Source: Octopus vulgaris
Taxonomy: Eukaryota
Assembly: GCA_951406725.2 (NCBI GenBank)
Contig: OX597831.1
Location: 25,048,001-25,112,000 of the forward strand
Length of the DNA stretch: 64,000 nucleotides
Reading direction: 5' to 3'
Below, piece after piece: positions 38,492 through 52,725 of the stretch (its first letter is position 1; every line of letters begins with the position of its first letter). A program made the translations under genes and the position numbers. The notes beneath the pieces are model-generated. The model did not search any database and was not told the DNA's origin. It saw nothing but the letters and a program-made list of their open reading frames with translations.

Positions 38492-39262
38492 GTTTTCCAA
38501 ATATCCGATTGATGTAGCTGTTTTTGAATCTGATTAAATGGAAAATAATATAATCTTTTGTACATACACACATATATGTATATGCATATGTAAATATGTA
38601 AAATTTGAGAGCCACTACATGATTATATTGAGTGCTAGGAACAGCAGTGAAATTTATGTAATATTACACCCTTGCCATCTGAAACATGGATGGACAATGC
38701 ATTATATTATGTAGTCCAACAGAGCATCTTTTACCATAGGCCTGCTTATATGTATGTCTTATGATGCTGATAATTCAATATTTCATTATTTCTCATTAAA
38801 ATAATGAATTTATTCACCTCTGTCTAATTTCCTTTATTAAAATGAGGCCATTACACAGGAAATTTTAGTTTAAATGCCATTTGATTGTTGTAATTAGCCT
38901 ATTATGTAAATTGAAGCCTCCGTAGTGTGTGCACACACACACACACATGCACACACTCATATACACATACACTTGTCTCCCTCTTCTCAGTTCTTCTATT
39001 CCTCTTCTCTCCGTCTTTCTCTACAAATACCACAAGGCATTCTAAATAATGTTCTAATAAGTCTACCAGTTCAATTTCTTCTCCACTGTGTGTGTGAATA
39101 GGCACATATAATATATATATTTATATATAATTACATGGACACACACGCACACACACGCATTATTTATATATGCACAAACATATATATATATGTATATGTG
39201 TGCACATATATATATATATATGTATATATATAAACAAGTTAACTATACATGTGTCCAGTTAA

Positions 39263-39485
39263 CCTTTTCGATACCAACCCAGCTGAAACCGCCTCTCTGG
39301 TTCAATAGTACAAATGTCTTGCTTTCATAAGTTTTGAATTAAAATCTTCTACCAAACAATAGTCACAATTTATGTTCCTAATACTAGCTGAATGATAACT
39401 AATTTATTTTAATAAATTCTTTGTATATTTAAAATTAATTGAAAGAAACAGAGTGCATCTCAAATTAAATACAGTAACCAAAGGG
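39263..39485 (-). mobile_element. piggyBac-type MITE family A
   Basis: TTAA-ccttttcgatacc ... aaggg-ttag; partial copy also at 45588-45708. Confidence 0.85.
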
Positions 39486-40198
39486 TTAGTGAACTTTACA
39501 GTGAGTTTTGAAGTATAAACTGTATGACTCCCACAAACATATTTTGTAGAATGTTTCAAGTATTTCAAATCAATATCAAAAATCTGTACCATATAACACC
39601 TCATATCACATAGGTAAATTTGAAGTGATTTGCAGATATTAAATTTTGTTGATGTTGTTATTATTTAGCTCCTGGTCAGTCTGGATCTAACAGAGCTGTT
39701 ATACACTGGCTAACACACATTTTGGTGTCACAGAACTTAAAACAATTCTGCAGTACATTTGAGGTGCTAATTCCAAAAATGGTATCAGTCTTTCTCTATC
39801 AGCTTTAATTAATTAATGATATGCTATTTTGGTACAAAAAGAAAAAAATAACAAATAAATAACGACAACATTAAATGTTGTTAAAACAACCATATATTAA
39901 TAAAACAGTTTATTTCAACACAAAAGTACACTGGAGAAGCATTGTATTGTAGTTTGCTCGAAGTATTGTGATATAAGAAACGAAATAAAGAAATAATACA
40001 GAGAACTTTATACAATGCCATGAAAGAATTAACAAGGATATCCCAAGAACTGTAGAATGAGAAACCCGAATGAGCTGTGTGTGTATGTGAGAGAGAGAGA
40101 TTTATACTTCTATATATCTGACAAATATAAAAAAAAATTCACATAGCAAGTTCGAAAATGTAGCTACGGTTGCTGGTGTTTCTGTGTGGTAAGAACGT

Positions 40199-40600
40199 AG
40201 TGAGCTGGCAGAAACGTTAGCATGCCAGGCGAAATGCTTAGCGGCATTTCGTCTGCTGTTACATTCTGAGTTCAAATTCCGACATGGTCAACTTTGCCTT
40301 TCATCCTTTCGGGGTCAATTAAATAAGTACCAGTTACACACTGAGGTCGATGTAATCGACTCAATCCGTTTGTCTGTCCTTGTTTGTCCTCTCTGTGTTT
40401 AGCCCCTTGTGGGTAGTAAAGAAATAGGTATCTCATCTGTTGTTACATTCGGAGTTCAAATTCCGCAGAGGTTGACTTTGCCTTTCATCCTTTCAGATTC
40501 GATAAATTAAGTATCAGTTAGGCACTGGGGTCAATGTAATCGACTTAATCCCTTTGTTTGTCCACTCTATGTTTAGGCCCTTGTGGGCAATAAAAAAATA
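40199..40600 (+). mobile_element. SINE family B dimer (head plus two units) inserted in a SINE A head
   Basis: Same gaaata|ggtat junction (40421-40430) as the hexamer; SINE A sequence resumes at ~40601. Confidence 0.85.
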
Positions 40601-41136
40601 AGAACTTTGCTTCCCAGCCACATGTTTCAGTCCCACCACATGGCATTTTGGGAAAGTGTCTTCAACTATATCATGGGCCAACCAAAGCCTTGTGAGTGAA
40701 TTTGGTAGATAGAAACTGAAAGAAGCACATCATATACATAATTTCTTTACAGCAGCACACCTGTTTCTTTCCTCATTCTTGTTAACTCTTTCTCCCCCAC
40801 TCTCTCTCTCTCTCTCTTTCTCTCTCCAGGTAACCATGTATCTTATCTACAGCAAGATACCTGTTTCTGTCTCTCTGCCTTTCATCATCTAACCTTTCAT
40901 CATCTGACACAAGAATACCTCCTCTAATGCCCCTCCCCTCTCAAAGGTTCTCTATCTTGCAATTTTCTTGGTGACTCTGCCAGTGCTGGTGCCATGTAAA
41001 AAGTATCCAGTTATAAAAGCCTTGCCAAAACAGACACAGAAGTCTGATACAGTCTTCTTCCTTCTCATCTCTTGTCAAACCATCCAACCCCTGCCAGCAT
41101 GGAAGGCAGACGTTAAACAATGATGGTAATGAGGAT

Positions 41137-41276
<140 letters not shown>

Positions 41277-41929
41277 GAGAGGGTGGAGAAAAGTTTCTGG
41301 CCTTAAGGGTATTTGGAAAGGCCTGGTTCAAGGCCCAAACTTCAGAGTTCTTTTACAAGCATCTTCGATAGCTGTGGAGCAACCAAAGCAATGCTGCTTG
41401 ATTGATGGAAGCATAACTAAGCCAATCGCATAAACGTATGTGTATCTCCTTGTCTTGACTTCACTGTTTGATAAGCAGTGTCATTCTATGAAAATATGTC
41501 CAGTTATAGGGTATTATTACTTAGCATGGAAATTGGTGAGTGTTTGTGGCATGAAAAGCATCTGGCCATGCAAGATTCGCCTCAATAAATTCCCTGTGTT
41601 TGATGCATGCATGAAAAAGCTGATGATAAAACAATGATGTTGATGATGATGATATGCATATGACAGGTTTATACAGAATTCCTGCCAAGATATTCCATCT
41701 CGAGACAATCTGTTAACCCAGGCCGAGACTAGAAACACAAACCCATCAACAGGATACCAAAAAGCAGCATTGAACAAAAAACCAAAGTGCTTAACCATAT
41801 AGCCATACCAGCAGCCATGTGTGCAATATTTTCTAAGAAAATGCATCTGTGAATTCCTCTGTGTATGTACGTACATATGCAAAATAGAGTGATTGAGATA
41901 GATACACAAAAAGACAAACAGACAGACAG

Positions 41930-41937
41930 GCAGATAG

Positions 41938-41968
<31 letters not shown>

Positions 41969-42032
41969 GATAGATAGATAGATAGATGGATAGATAGATA
42001 GATAGATGGATAGATATGTAGCTAGATCGATT

Positions 42033-42084
<52 letters not shown>

Positions 42085-42093
42085 TATATATAT

Positions 42094-42163
<70 letters not shown>

Positions 42164-42288
42164 GGAGAGAGAGAGATAGAGAAGTAGTGCTTTTTTCCAC
42201 TGGAGAGAGATGGAATAGAATATGAGTGAGGCCAAGAGTTATTTTGTTTGAGATAGATAGATAGATAGATAGAGAGATAGATAGATAT

Positions 42289-42361
<73 letters not shown>

Positions 42362-42362
42362 G
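41930..42362. repeat. (GATA)n microsatellites
   Basis: Direct reading. Confidence 0.95.
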
Positions 42363-42966
42363 AGGGTGAAAGAGAAAAGTGAAAAACAGAGGGTGGGCGA
42401 CAGAGAAAGTGTGAGAAATGGTGAATGAGCGAGGTAGCGAGTTTATTCGTTTGTGTAGGTATTCTAATTACTTTGGATTAATCATCCATGTTATGAAAAA
42501 ATATTTTTTCTGTGAATGTAAAGGAGACAGATGTGTTAATTTAAGTTTTAAACAAAAAATCTAATTTCATCAGGCATGTATATGGATGAGGTTTGCGGAC
42601 ATTTGTGTGCACATGTATCAAGGACTATGCACGTATATATGTGTGTCCACAAGCACACACACACATATATATATATATGAAATTATATGAGTGCATCTTT
42701 TTATACATCTGTATAATCAGATATTACTTTTATGTGATTGTGGCATGGTCTTGTATTTGTGTGTTTAGAGTTACAAATTGTAATTAGAGCATAACTAAAC
42801 GCACATTGATATATATTCATATATACATATATGTATATATATATATACACATACATACTATATATACACACTATATATACAAACATAAATATACATGTAT
42901 ATATATATATATATGTATATCTATATATGCATGCATGTATATTTATATATGTATGTATATATATGT

Positions 42967-43006
<40 letters not shown>

Positions 43007-43023
43007 GTGTGTATGTATAAATG

Positions 43024-43057
<34 letters not shown>

Positions 43058-43081
43058 TGTACATGTGTGTGTATGTATATA

Positions 43082-43125
<44 letters not shown>

Positions 43126-43161
43126 CACACACATATATGTACATGTGTGTGTATGTATATA

Positions 43162-43193
<32 letters not shown>

Positions 43194-43350
43194 AAGACAC
43201 ATGCGTAATGTTTTTCTTTCTAATTTTTGATGAAAAAAAAACATGACTGATTGATACACACTTCTGTAAGCAAGTGTGTCAATGCCTATTATATATTTGT
43301 GATTTGTGTGCATATCCATTTACATATTTACATACATATATACATATACA

Positions 43351-43417
<67 letters not shown>

Positions 43418-43432
43418 CATACATATATATAT

Positions 43433-43465
<33 letters not shown>

Positions 43466-43790
43466 CATACACATATATATACATACATATATATATATAA
43501 ATGGATGCAAGTATTATTTTAAATCTATGCCAGTACTGTACATAATTTATCTGACTGAATTGACAAAAATTGAAGTTAGCTTAGAGTTTTAACGCTCAAG
43601 TTTCTTGTTTTGAATGAACAAATTAACAGAACTTTATAGTTCTTAAAGGATTGGTGTATCATCTCCAAGCATATATGTATGCACATGCACACACACACAC
43701 ACACACAAACACACACAGACACACACATATTATACTCTTAATTAAAATAGTTAATTTTTTTGTCCTTTTTTTCTTTTTTTGTCTGTGTAG

Positions 43791-43847
43791 AATTCCTGTA
43801 GCGACAAACGTTGCGTTGCGGAAAATAGATTCAAAGGGAAACCTGAG
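43791..43847 (+). CDS. Candidate 57-nt exon (NSCSDKRCVAENRFKGKPE, or alternative frame IPVATNVALRKIDSKGNL)
   Basis: Long T-rich tract plus tag acceptor, GAG|GTAGGC donor, CpG-rich relative to background. Confidence 0.45.
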
Positions 43848-44226
43848 GTAGGCTAAAAAAGGCTACTCAGGAAAAGAGAGAGAGGGCATATGCACAAATA
43901 TATAGATATATACTTATATATGTATATGTCAACGCTCCTTTTGTGTATAAACATTTTAATTAAACAAATCTGCAAATTTTCTGCCACATAGACATGCACA
44001 CAATCATACCATCACACACACACACACACACACACACAAGGAAGTCAGTAGCAGCACACAAACTGTGAACGTGTGCATGAGTTGGTTTAAATGCTAAGGT
44101 GTTTCTGTTAATATGTCTGTCTTAGTTTGGGGTAATCAAATATCTATATAACTTGTAATAGTTTCTTGTTGTTGATTATCCCAATGTCAAACCTGACACT
44201 GCAAGCATATGATGAAAGTCATTCTT

Positions 44227-44478
44227 AATCTGCTAGAAATGGTGACCAAATCTACTAGAAATGGTGACCAAACCTGCTAGAAATGGTGACCAAACCTGCT
44301 AGAAATGGTGACCAAATCTGCAACAAATGGTAGCCAAATCTACTAGAAATAGTGACCAAATCTGCTGGATTATGGTAAACAAATCTGCTGGATTATGGTA
44401 ACCAAATCTGCTAGAAATGGTGACCAAATCTGCTGGAAATGGTAAACAAATCTGCTAGAAATGGTGACCAAATCTGCT
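44227..44478. repeat. 21-22-bp minisatellite, ~11 copies (aatctgctagaaatggtgacca)
   Basis: Direct reading. Confidence 0.92.
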
Positions 44479-46676
44479 TGCATTCATACTGTTGTCTTAG
44501 AAAAAGTAGCTTGGATAATATAATCTGAGGCTTCCTATGTTTTAGAAACCAGCAAGACATATTTACTGATAATCCTTTCTTTCTTTTATTCTTTTATTTG
44601 TTTTTGTCATTTGACTGTGGCCATGCTGGTGTGATTGGTATTAGGAAGGGCATCTAGCTGTAGAAACACTGCCAGATCAGACTGGAGCCTGGTGCAGCCT
44701 CCTGGCTTCCTAGACCTTAGTCGAACCATCCAACCCATGCTAGCATGGAAAACGGACGTTAAACGATGATGATGATGCATACTTACTGGGACTATTCGCT
44801 TTTAGAAGGTTTAACTAGACTTCATTTAGAGGTGGAAAGGGAAATTAGACTTGTATTCCTGAAGTGTGATACAGAAGAACTGCACAATGAGGTGATCCAA
44901 ACAGTCATCAATTTTTAACAGAATGACTCCTTTACTTCAGTGATTAAATGATTGTATGATTTAAAGTTAGTTTTCATGTCTTTAATGATCTCGTTTGATA
45001 GGACCCCTTGCGTGTTGTGGTTATTGTTTTTTCTCATATATTTTTTGCTGTGGTGACTGCTTCTTAAATATTCTTTGTTTTGTCTGCATGAATGTTTATT
45101 TTAAGAAATTGTTTTAAAAGATGTTACGCAATTACACAAAGTATTTTAGCAAAGAGTTGGACTGATGCCAGACTCTCACTTTTTACATCAAGTTAATCAA
45201 GTTTTTGTCAGTCCATCTGCTTAATTGTGCTTTCTATCTTCCTAATGAGGCATATCACATAAAACCTCCCCGATGGTATTGATATAATTCAGTGAATATA
45301 ATAGTGGTTTCCTCTCTGTCATTCAGTTGTTTACTCTCTGTCTATAGATAAAGTTCAGCAAGGTCTGGAGCAGATATACAGACAGGTCTTTTAATGATAG
45401 GAAAGAGAACTCAGCAGATGCCATAAAGATTAAATATTTATATTAACAGTCCGTGACTTAGATCTGCAATACTTATGGTTTCACAAATGTAAAAAAAACC
45501 CCACTTGTGATGCTTTTGGATGCATTGATGCTAAGTGTGAGGAAAACTGATTGTCATTGCATGGTGTGCAATGCTCCTTCTTCTTAACCCTTTCGATACC
45601 AACCCGGCTGAAACCAGCTCTGACTCTGTAGTACAAATGTCTTGTTTCCATAAGTTTTGAATTAGAATCTTCCACCAAACCTTAGTCACTATTTATGCTC
45701 ATAACACTATTATCGGCAACGAGCTGGCACACACGTTAGCACGCCGGGCGAAATGCTTAGCGGTATTTCGTCTGTCGCTACGTTCTGAGTTCAAATTCCA
45801 CCGAGGTCGACAAAATGACCAAAACCACAGTTAATAGCAATTTTTGAAGGAAATGAAAAATAAAAACTTTTACCTTTTACCTTTTGCAGTTATACCTAGG
45901 TTTCAATTTTCTTTAACAAATATGATTATTTTCTAGGCGAATTCTCATAAATCATATATACATACACATGATAAGCTTCATTCAGTTTCTGTCTACCAAA
46001 TGCACTCACAAGTCTTTAGTGGGCCCAAAACTATAGTAGGAAATACTTGGTTCCACACAGTAGTACTGAACCTAGAACCATGATGTTTAGAAATAAGCTT
46101 CTTACCACACAGACATGCTTGCACCTAATATTCACAACTAAAGAATTTTCCATCCACCAAATTCATCTTATAAAGTATTGGTAGAGCCAAGTCATAGGCA
46201 CACTGTCTCACACAGTGGTATCAAACTCAGAGCATGGCGGTTGCAATCCAAACTCCTCGACCACACAGTCAAGACTAAGCTCCTTTTATCAGCCTCATAA
46301 AATTAACTCAATATTTTGCTCATTTTCAGAAATTCTAATCTCTATCTATCTGAATTACAGCAGGATGCACCCAATCAAGTTAATTAGTTCTACATACATA
46401 ACATGAATAGGCAGCTCTCAGAGTTGTGACTAACACGGACGAATACATTAAGAATTTCAATGCATTCATTAGTTTGTTAACTTTTAGATCTGAATATCAT
46501 TGTACATTCTTATATTAATGGGGGTTGCTCTGCATTCAGAAGCGAACAGACAGACCAATTATTACAAGAAAATATTATGACAACAGAAGGAAATATGGAA
46601 GTTTACAAATTTTGCTATACAAGGGAATATCACTGCTTTGAGAAATGTTTATATGTGTGTGTATATGCATATACAG

Positions 46677-46717
<41 letters not shown>

Positions 46718-46733
46718 TATATATACAAATATA

Positions 46734-46819
<86 letters not shown>

Positions 46820-47256
46820 AATACATACATATATATATACAAATATATATATATATATAAAACATGTTAGTGATTAACCATTCTACAAACACATATATCC
46901 TCCGTATAATCCTCAGGCAGAATCAATCCACCTAGCAAGCTTCTTTACAGTTTCCATCTCCCTAGTTTCATTCACAAAGTACAAGTTCATCCATAGTTAT
47001 AAAAAATATATATATTCATGTTTTTTTTTTACCTCAGTGGAAGGAAGTGTAGAAAGAAATAAGGGGAAGGTGAAACATCTTTTCTTTCTTAATGATATTT
47101 CTCTAATCAAAGTTCTTATTGCTTTCCAAGAATATTTATTTCTCTTTAATTTCCATTTCTATAATTTCCTCACATTCATTCACTGTCATTCTCTCAACAG
47201 TTTTCGTTGCCATCCATTTGATCTCCCACAACTTACTGTCCAACTGTTTCTCTTTG

Positions 47257-47259
<3 letters not shown>

Positions 47260-47300
<41 letters not shown>

Positions 47301-47343
47301 AGCCATCCATCCATCCATCCATTTTGCCATCTGTCTATCCATT

Positions 47344-47375
<32 letters not shown>

Positions 47376-47582
47376 CCTCTGCTGTCTGTATATGTCTTTC
47401 TCCATCCATCAATTCACCTATCCATCCATCCATCCATCCAACCATCCATCCATCCATCCATCCATCCAACTATCCATCCATCCATTCATCCATCCATCCA
47501 TCCATCCATCCATCCAACCATCCATCCATCCATCCATCCATCCATCCATCCATCTATCTGTCTGTCTGTCTGTCTGTCTGTC
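47260..47582. repeat. (CT)n / (CCAT)n / (CTGT)n microsatellites
   Basis: Direct reading. Confidence 0.9.
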
Positions 47583-47647
47583 ATTCAGTTATTCATTTAA
47601 TCACAGATTATATTGATCTTTCACACCTTATTTTTCAACTGTTTCGT

Positions 47648-47687
<40 letters not shown>

Positions 47688-48542
47688 TTCTAACCATCTA
47701 TCCATTCATTGAACCTTCTACCCATTTATTTATTTAATCAGAGATTATACCCCTCCCCTTCATCCTCCACCTCCTTCCTCCTAATGGTGCTGGTTGTGGA
47801 AGCAGTGGCAGCTTAACACAGTTAGTAGCACATCAAGAGAAATTCCTTGTAGCATCCCTTCCAGCCCTTTGCATTCTAAGTTCAAGTCTCTCTCTCTCTC
47901 TCTCTCATCTCTACTGGAATCACACACACACACACACACACTTCTAACCATCTAGGGCCAATTCATTAATCAACTTCTACCCATTTATTTATTTAATCAG
48001 AGATTATAATTATTTTCATTCTTATTAATTAATGGAAGCAAGGTGGTTGAGTTCCTTTTGAGCGTTGGGCCTCATAGATGCAAACTAGTTGAGTTCCTTT
48101 TCAGTGTTGGGCCTCACAGAGGCATTGACTGAGACCTTTGGCATTATGTCATGCTTGCAAAGAAGACCCATCAAGCTGAGCAAAATCATGGTCATGGCAG
48201 ATATCAGTGTCACACAAATGGCACACATGCCAGTGGACCATAAAAGCACCCATTACACTCTGAGTGGTTGGCATTAGGAAGGACATTCAGCTGTAGAAAA
48301 CCATGTAAAATCAGACTGGAGCTTGGCGCAGCCTTCTCGCTTGCCAATCTAGTCAAACTATCCAACCCATACCAGCATGGACAAAGGACATTAAATGGTG
48401 ATGATGGTGAAGGTGGTGAGAGGACAGAATTATATTAGCACACATGACAAAGTGATTAGTAGCAGTTCGTCCACCTTTATGATCTGAGTTCAAATTTTGC
48501 TGAGGTTGACTTTGCCTTTCACCCTTTTATAGAATAGAATAG

Positions 48543-48922
48543 GAGCACTCCGTCGGTTACGACGATGAGGGTCCCAGCTGATATGATCAACGGAACAGCT
48601 TGCTTGTGGAATTAACGTGCAAGTGGCTGAGCACTCCACAGACACGTGTACCCTTAACGTAGTTCTCGAGGAGATTCAGCGTGACACAGAGTGTGACAAG
48701 GCTGACCCTTTGAAATACAGGTACAACAGAAACAGGAAGAAAGAGTGAGAGAAAGTTGTGGTGAAAGAGTACAGCAGGGTTCACCACCACCACCTGCAGG
48801 AGCATTGTGAAGCTTTAGGTGTTTTCGCTCAATAAACACTCACGATGCCCGGTCTGGGAATCGAAACCGCGATCGTACGACCGCGAGTCCGCTACCCTAA
48901 CCACTGGGCCATTGCGCCTCCA
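48543..48922 (-). mobile_element. SINE family D, full length, inserted in a SINE B copy
   Basis: Inverse of 1004-1389; TSD cttttataga at 48524-48533 and 48925-48934. Confidence 0.9.
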
Positions 48923-49042
48923 CACTTTTATAGAGGTGATAGATTAAGTACCAGTTGATTACTGGGGTTGATGTAATCAACTATACCCCTTCCCCAAAAT
49001 TTCAGGCCTTGTGCCTATAATATAAAGGGTTATTATTATTAT

Positions 49043-49407
49043 CACTTATGGTTTCTTTTTATTATAACTTTATTTCAGCTGCCTTTGTACTGGGCATCCT
49101 CCGGAGGGCAAGAGTAGCAAGGGCACTTTTGCTATGCATGCTAAAACTATCACCACATTTATTCCATTTTCGATGGAGAGTACTTTCCATAGTATATGGT
49201 CTATACCCATCAGGGCTATCTTTTGTAGTTCACTGAGATTGGAGTTACCAGTGAGTTGCTTAATATACTTCTCAGTTCCCTTCTTTACCATTCCCAACAC
49301 ACAAACTACCACTGGTATTACTGTAGTACTAAGCTTCCATAATTTTGCTATTTCAATTTTCAGATCTTTATAGGGAGAAAGCTTTTCGCATTCCATCCTT
49401 GAGACAT
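49043..49407 (-). mobile_element. R4/Dong-like (RLE-endonuclease) non-LTR retrotransposon 3' end
   Basis: EKLSPYKDLKIEIAKLWKL...VIPVVVCVLG...LQKIALMG..HILWKVL; flanked by (TAA)n on both sides. Confidence 0.85.
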
Positions 49408-49897
49408 CATTATTATTATTATTATTATTGTTATTATTATTATCATCATCATCATTAAAGTAGTGCCACAGTCATTAGAATACTGGATAAATGCTTAGTG
49501 GCATTTTATCTGTCTTTACGTTTTGAGTTCAAATTCTGCCAAGGTCTACTTTGCCTTTCATCCTTTCAGGTGTCGATAAAATAAGGCTGGCCTTGTGTCA
49601 AAATTTGAAATCATTATTATATTTGGTTTTTCAGAATATCTATGAGAATGTTAGTAGGAGGGAGAGAATGGTTATGAAGTGGGATCAGTAGAGAGTGGTG
49701 GGAGGAAGAGATAGAGATTTACAGTAGTATAAGAGAGGGATTGGTGTACTAGATATTGTATTGCAAATGGCCAACAAATAACCAAGGCAAAGTTTACAGA
49801 AGGGACCCAGACATGGCACTGCCTGTTTATAGGGATTCCTTTCTGACCATAACAATATTGTGTATATGCGTGTATATATATATATATATATATATAT

Positions 49898-50293
49898 ACT
49901 TTGATACTTTGATACTTTGATAGGTTTCGGCCATTATTGGCCCAGGCCATGTCTAACTTAATAGTACCACCTGGTGAAGTCTTTCAAGTCAGAATTTGGG
50001 CACTATGGCCCACTCAAGTAGAGAGTTATTGTTTACAGAGACATATCCGGGTGTAGGGGGTTTATCCGGGATTTCTTGAAGGAATCTGTCCAAAGACTTC
50101 TTGAACCCTATAGGGTCAGTTTCTGTTTTAATGTGTTTTGGTGTAATGTTAAAGAGAGCGGGGCCAATTGAGGTGAAATAATTGTGCCGTATTGTTGTTA
50201 TGAGATGAGAGTGCGATTTTTGTTTTGGGCGGATGGCACGGGGCCCAAGCCTTGGATGTACTCTAAAGGTGATGCCAACATCATTTGGCCAAC
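49898..50293 (-). mobile_element. CR1-like LINE 3' end with intact ~100-aa ORF2 C-terminus
   Basis: Manual translation [22 protein letters not shown]...FTSIGPALFNITPKHIKTETDPIGFKKSLDRFLQEIPDKPPTPGYVSVNNNSLLEWAIVPKF* (stop 49989-49991); tail (ATCAAAGT)3. Confidence 0.85.
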
Positions 50294-50378
50294 ATATATA
50301 TATATATATTTATATATGTATGTATGTATGCGTGCATGCGTGCATGTGTATGTATGTATACATATATATCATCATCAA

Positions 50379-50410
<32 letters not shown>

Positions 50411-50662
50411 GTATGTATATATACATACATATACAAAACACGGGTTAGTGTGTAGGCATATGTGTGCATTGCATATAATAAGTCTTCATTCTTCTGTTTC
50501 ATTGGTTCATACATGATATTGTGTTTGCCGTGAAATGGCCTGGCAGATATTAACTAAATTCTCTGTAGAAAATATGGTTGTTATCATAGCCCTCAACTTC
50601 ATGATGGCAAATGAAATAAATTATTACTATCAATATTATTGTTATTATTATCATTATTATTA

Positions 50663-50732
<70 letters not shown>

Positions 50733-51237
50733 CGTTATTATCTCTATTCGCCTTAATCTATTATTCTGCCACAACAATAGCTTGATGTATATAACAAATC
50801 TTTAATGATTTGCTCTTCAATGGTTTCAAATTATGATTTGCCAGTTAACAATGGAATGGTAAAATAAATATTGCTGAGGCAATAAGCAAGTCTTAGTCTT
50901 TCTTAGGTTTGAATCTCACTCACATAATTGTATTAAAAGGGAATTTTAAACTCAAGAGCTGCTCTTCCAGTTAGAAGACATTTACCATATTATTTTTGTT
51001 GTTGTTGTATTTGTTGTTGTTTTTGTTCATCATGTTTCAACAGTTCTGTGATTTTCTGCTAAACAGTCAGGTGCAGCTCTGTCTTACTGAGGTGTGTACA
51101 GCATTCTCTGTTGGGAATCTGAAATAACACTTATTTACCACGTCAAGATTTACATTGTTCTGAGATTTCGTTTTCTGGTGATTTCTGGTGTGATTTTAGT
51201 GTTTTTATCTGTTTGCTATTCATATACAAGTGTCAAT

Positions 51238-51536
51238 ATTCAGTCATATATACATACACACGATAAGCTTCATTCAGTTTCTGTCTACCAAATGCACTCA
51301 CAAGTCTTTAGTGGGCCGAAAACTATAGTAGGAAATACTTGGTTCCACACAGTGGGACTGAACCTAGAACCATGAGGTTGAGAAATAAGCTTCTTACCAC
51401 ACGGATATGCCTGCACCTAATATTCACAACTAAAGAATTTTCCATCCACCAAATTCAGTATTGGTATAGCCAAGTCATAGGCACACTGTCTCACACAGTG
51501 GTATCAAACTCAGAGCATGGCGGTTGCAATCCATAC
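51238..51536 (+). repeat. Local copy of 45953-46250 flanked by a 19-bp direct repeat
   Basis: Shares private variants with 45953-46250; ttcatatacaagtgtcaat at 51219-51237 and 51537-51555. Confidence 0.85.
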
Positions 51537-51587
51537 TTCATATACAAGTGTCAATTGATGATTGTGTAAAATATGGACAGTGTATAT

Positions 51588-51753
51588 AGGCGCAGGAGTG
51601 GCTGTGTGGTAAGTAGCTTGCTTACCAACCACATGGTTCTGGGTTCATTCCCACTGTGTGGAACCTTGGGCAAGTGTCTTTTACTATAGCCTCAGGCCAA
51701 CCAGAGCCTTGTGAGTGGATTTGGTAGACAGAAACTGAAAGAAGCCTGTCATA

Positions 51754-51824
<71 letters not shown>

Positions 51825-52030
51825 ATGTGTTTGTGTTTGTATCCCCAACATAGCTTAACAACCGATGGTGGTGTGTTTACGTCCCCGTTACTTAGCAGTT
51901 CGGCAAAAGAGACCGATAGAATAAGTACTAGGCTTAATAAGTCCTGGGGTCAATGTGCTCGACTAAAGACAGTGCTCCAGCATGGCCACAGTCAAATGAC
52001 TGAAACAAGTAAAAGAGAGAGAGAAAGAGT
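51588..52030 (+). mobile_element. SINE family A, full length
   Basis: Family consensus match. Confidence 0.92.
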
Positions 52031-52469
52031 AAAGTGTGTAGGCTGTGTTAGATGAAAGGGTGGCAATAGAGCAAAATATGAGTTATGCAAGCCCTCAGTG
52101 TTACAGTATTGGGTATTGATTTGTAGAAGAACGTGCTCTTATTTTATTGCATGGTGATTTTGTATATTATGTGTTATGCTGCATTGTTTGATGGTTATTC
52201 TATCCTATACATGTTGCATAAGGGCTACTTTATTAGGTGGTCATTATAAAAGTAAAATGTATGAGTTGCATGTTCAAAGTATACTTTGTATATTGTTGTG
52301 TACAGGTTATTTTATTAGGTGGTCATTAAGAAAATAAATGGTACTAATTATAAGCCCAAAATATGCCGTTTGAGTGGTGCTATTGAAATGAAACTGGATA
52401 TGGGCTGTGCTTAACATGACTATGCTTTGGAATATATAAAGTTGCAAGCCCTGATATGGTTTTCCTATT

Positions 52470-52725
52470 TTGTTCATATTGTTTTATTTTTATATCCAGA
52501 ACTCTAATTATTATAGATAATATTTATTTTCATACTCCAGGTGTTCTTCATTTCAGTATCAAGATCTTTCATCTTGGACAGCTTTACCGCTTGCTTCCAG
52601 TTAATTTTTTAATCAGAATGGATCAAGATCTCTACTAGAGAACAGATACTTTTGTTCCTGTCCTTGATTATTATATCTGGACGGTTTGCCATGATATCAT
52701 TGTCATCTTGGAGAAGTATATCCTT
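52470..52725 (-). pseudogene. Old RLE-endonuclease remnant of an R4/Dong-like element
   Basis: Manual translation DNDIMANRPDIIIKDRNKSICSLVEI...KLSKMKDLDTEMKNTWSMK with stops; RPD and K..KYKDL-like motifs. Confidence 0.7.

Noticed and set aside
49915-49952. Hammerhead in the CR1-like 3' UTR (GGCC...GGCC-GAAAC)
   Set aside because: No CUGANGA upstream of the stem
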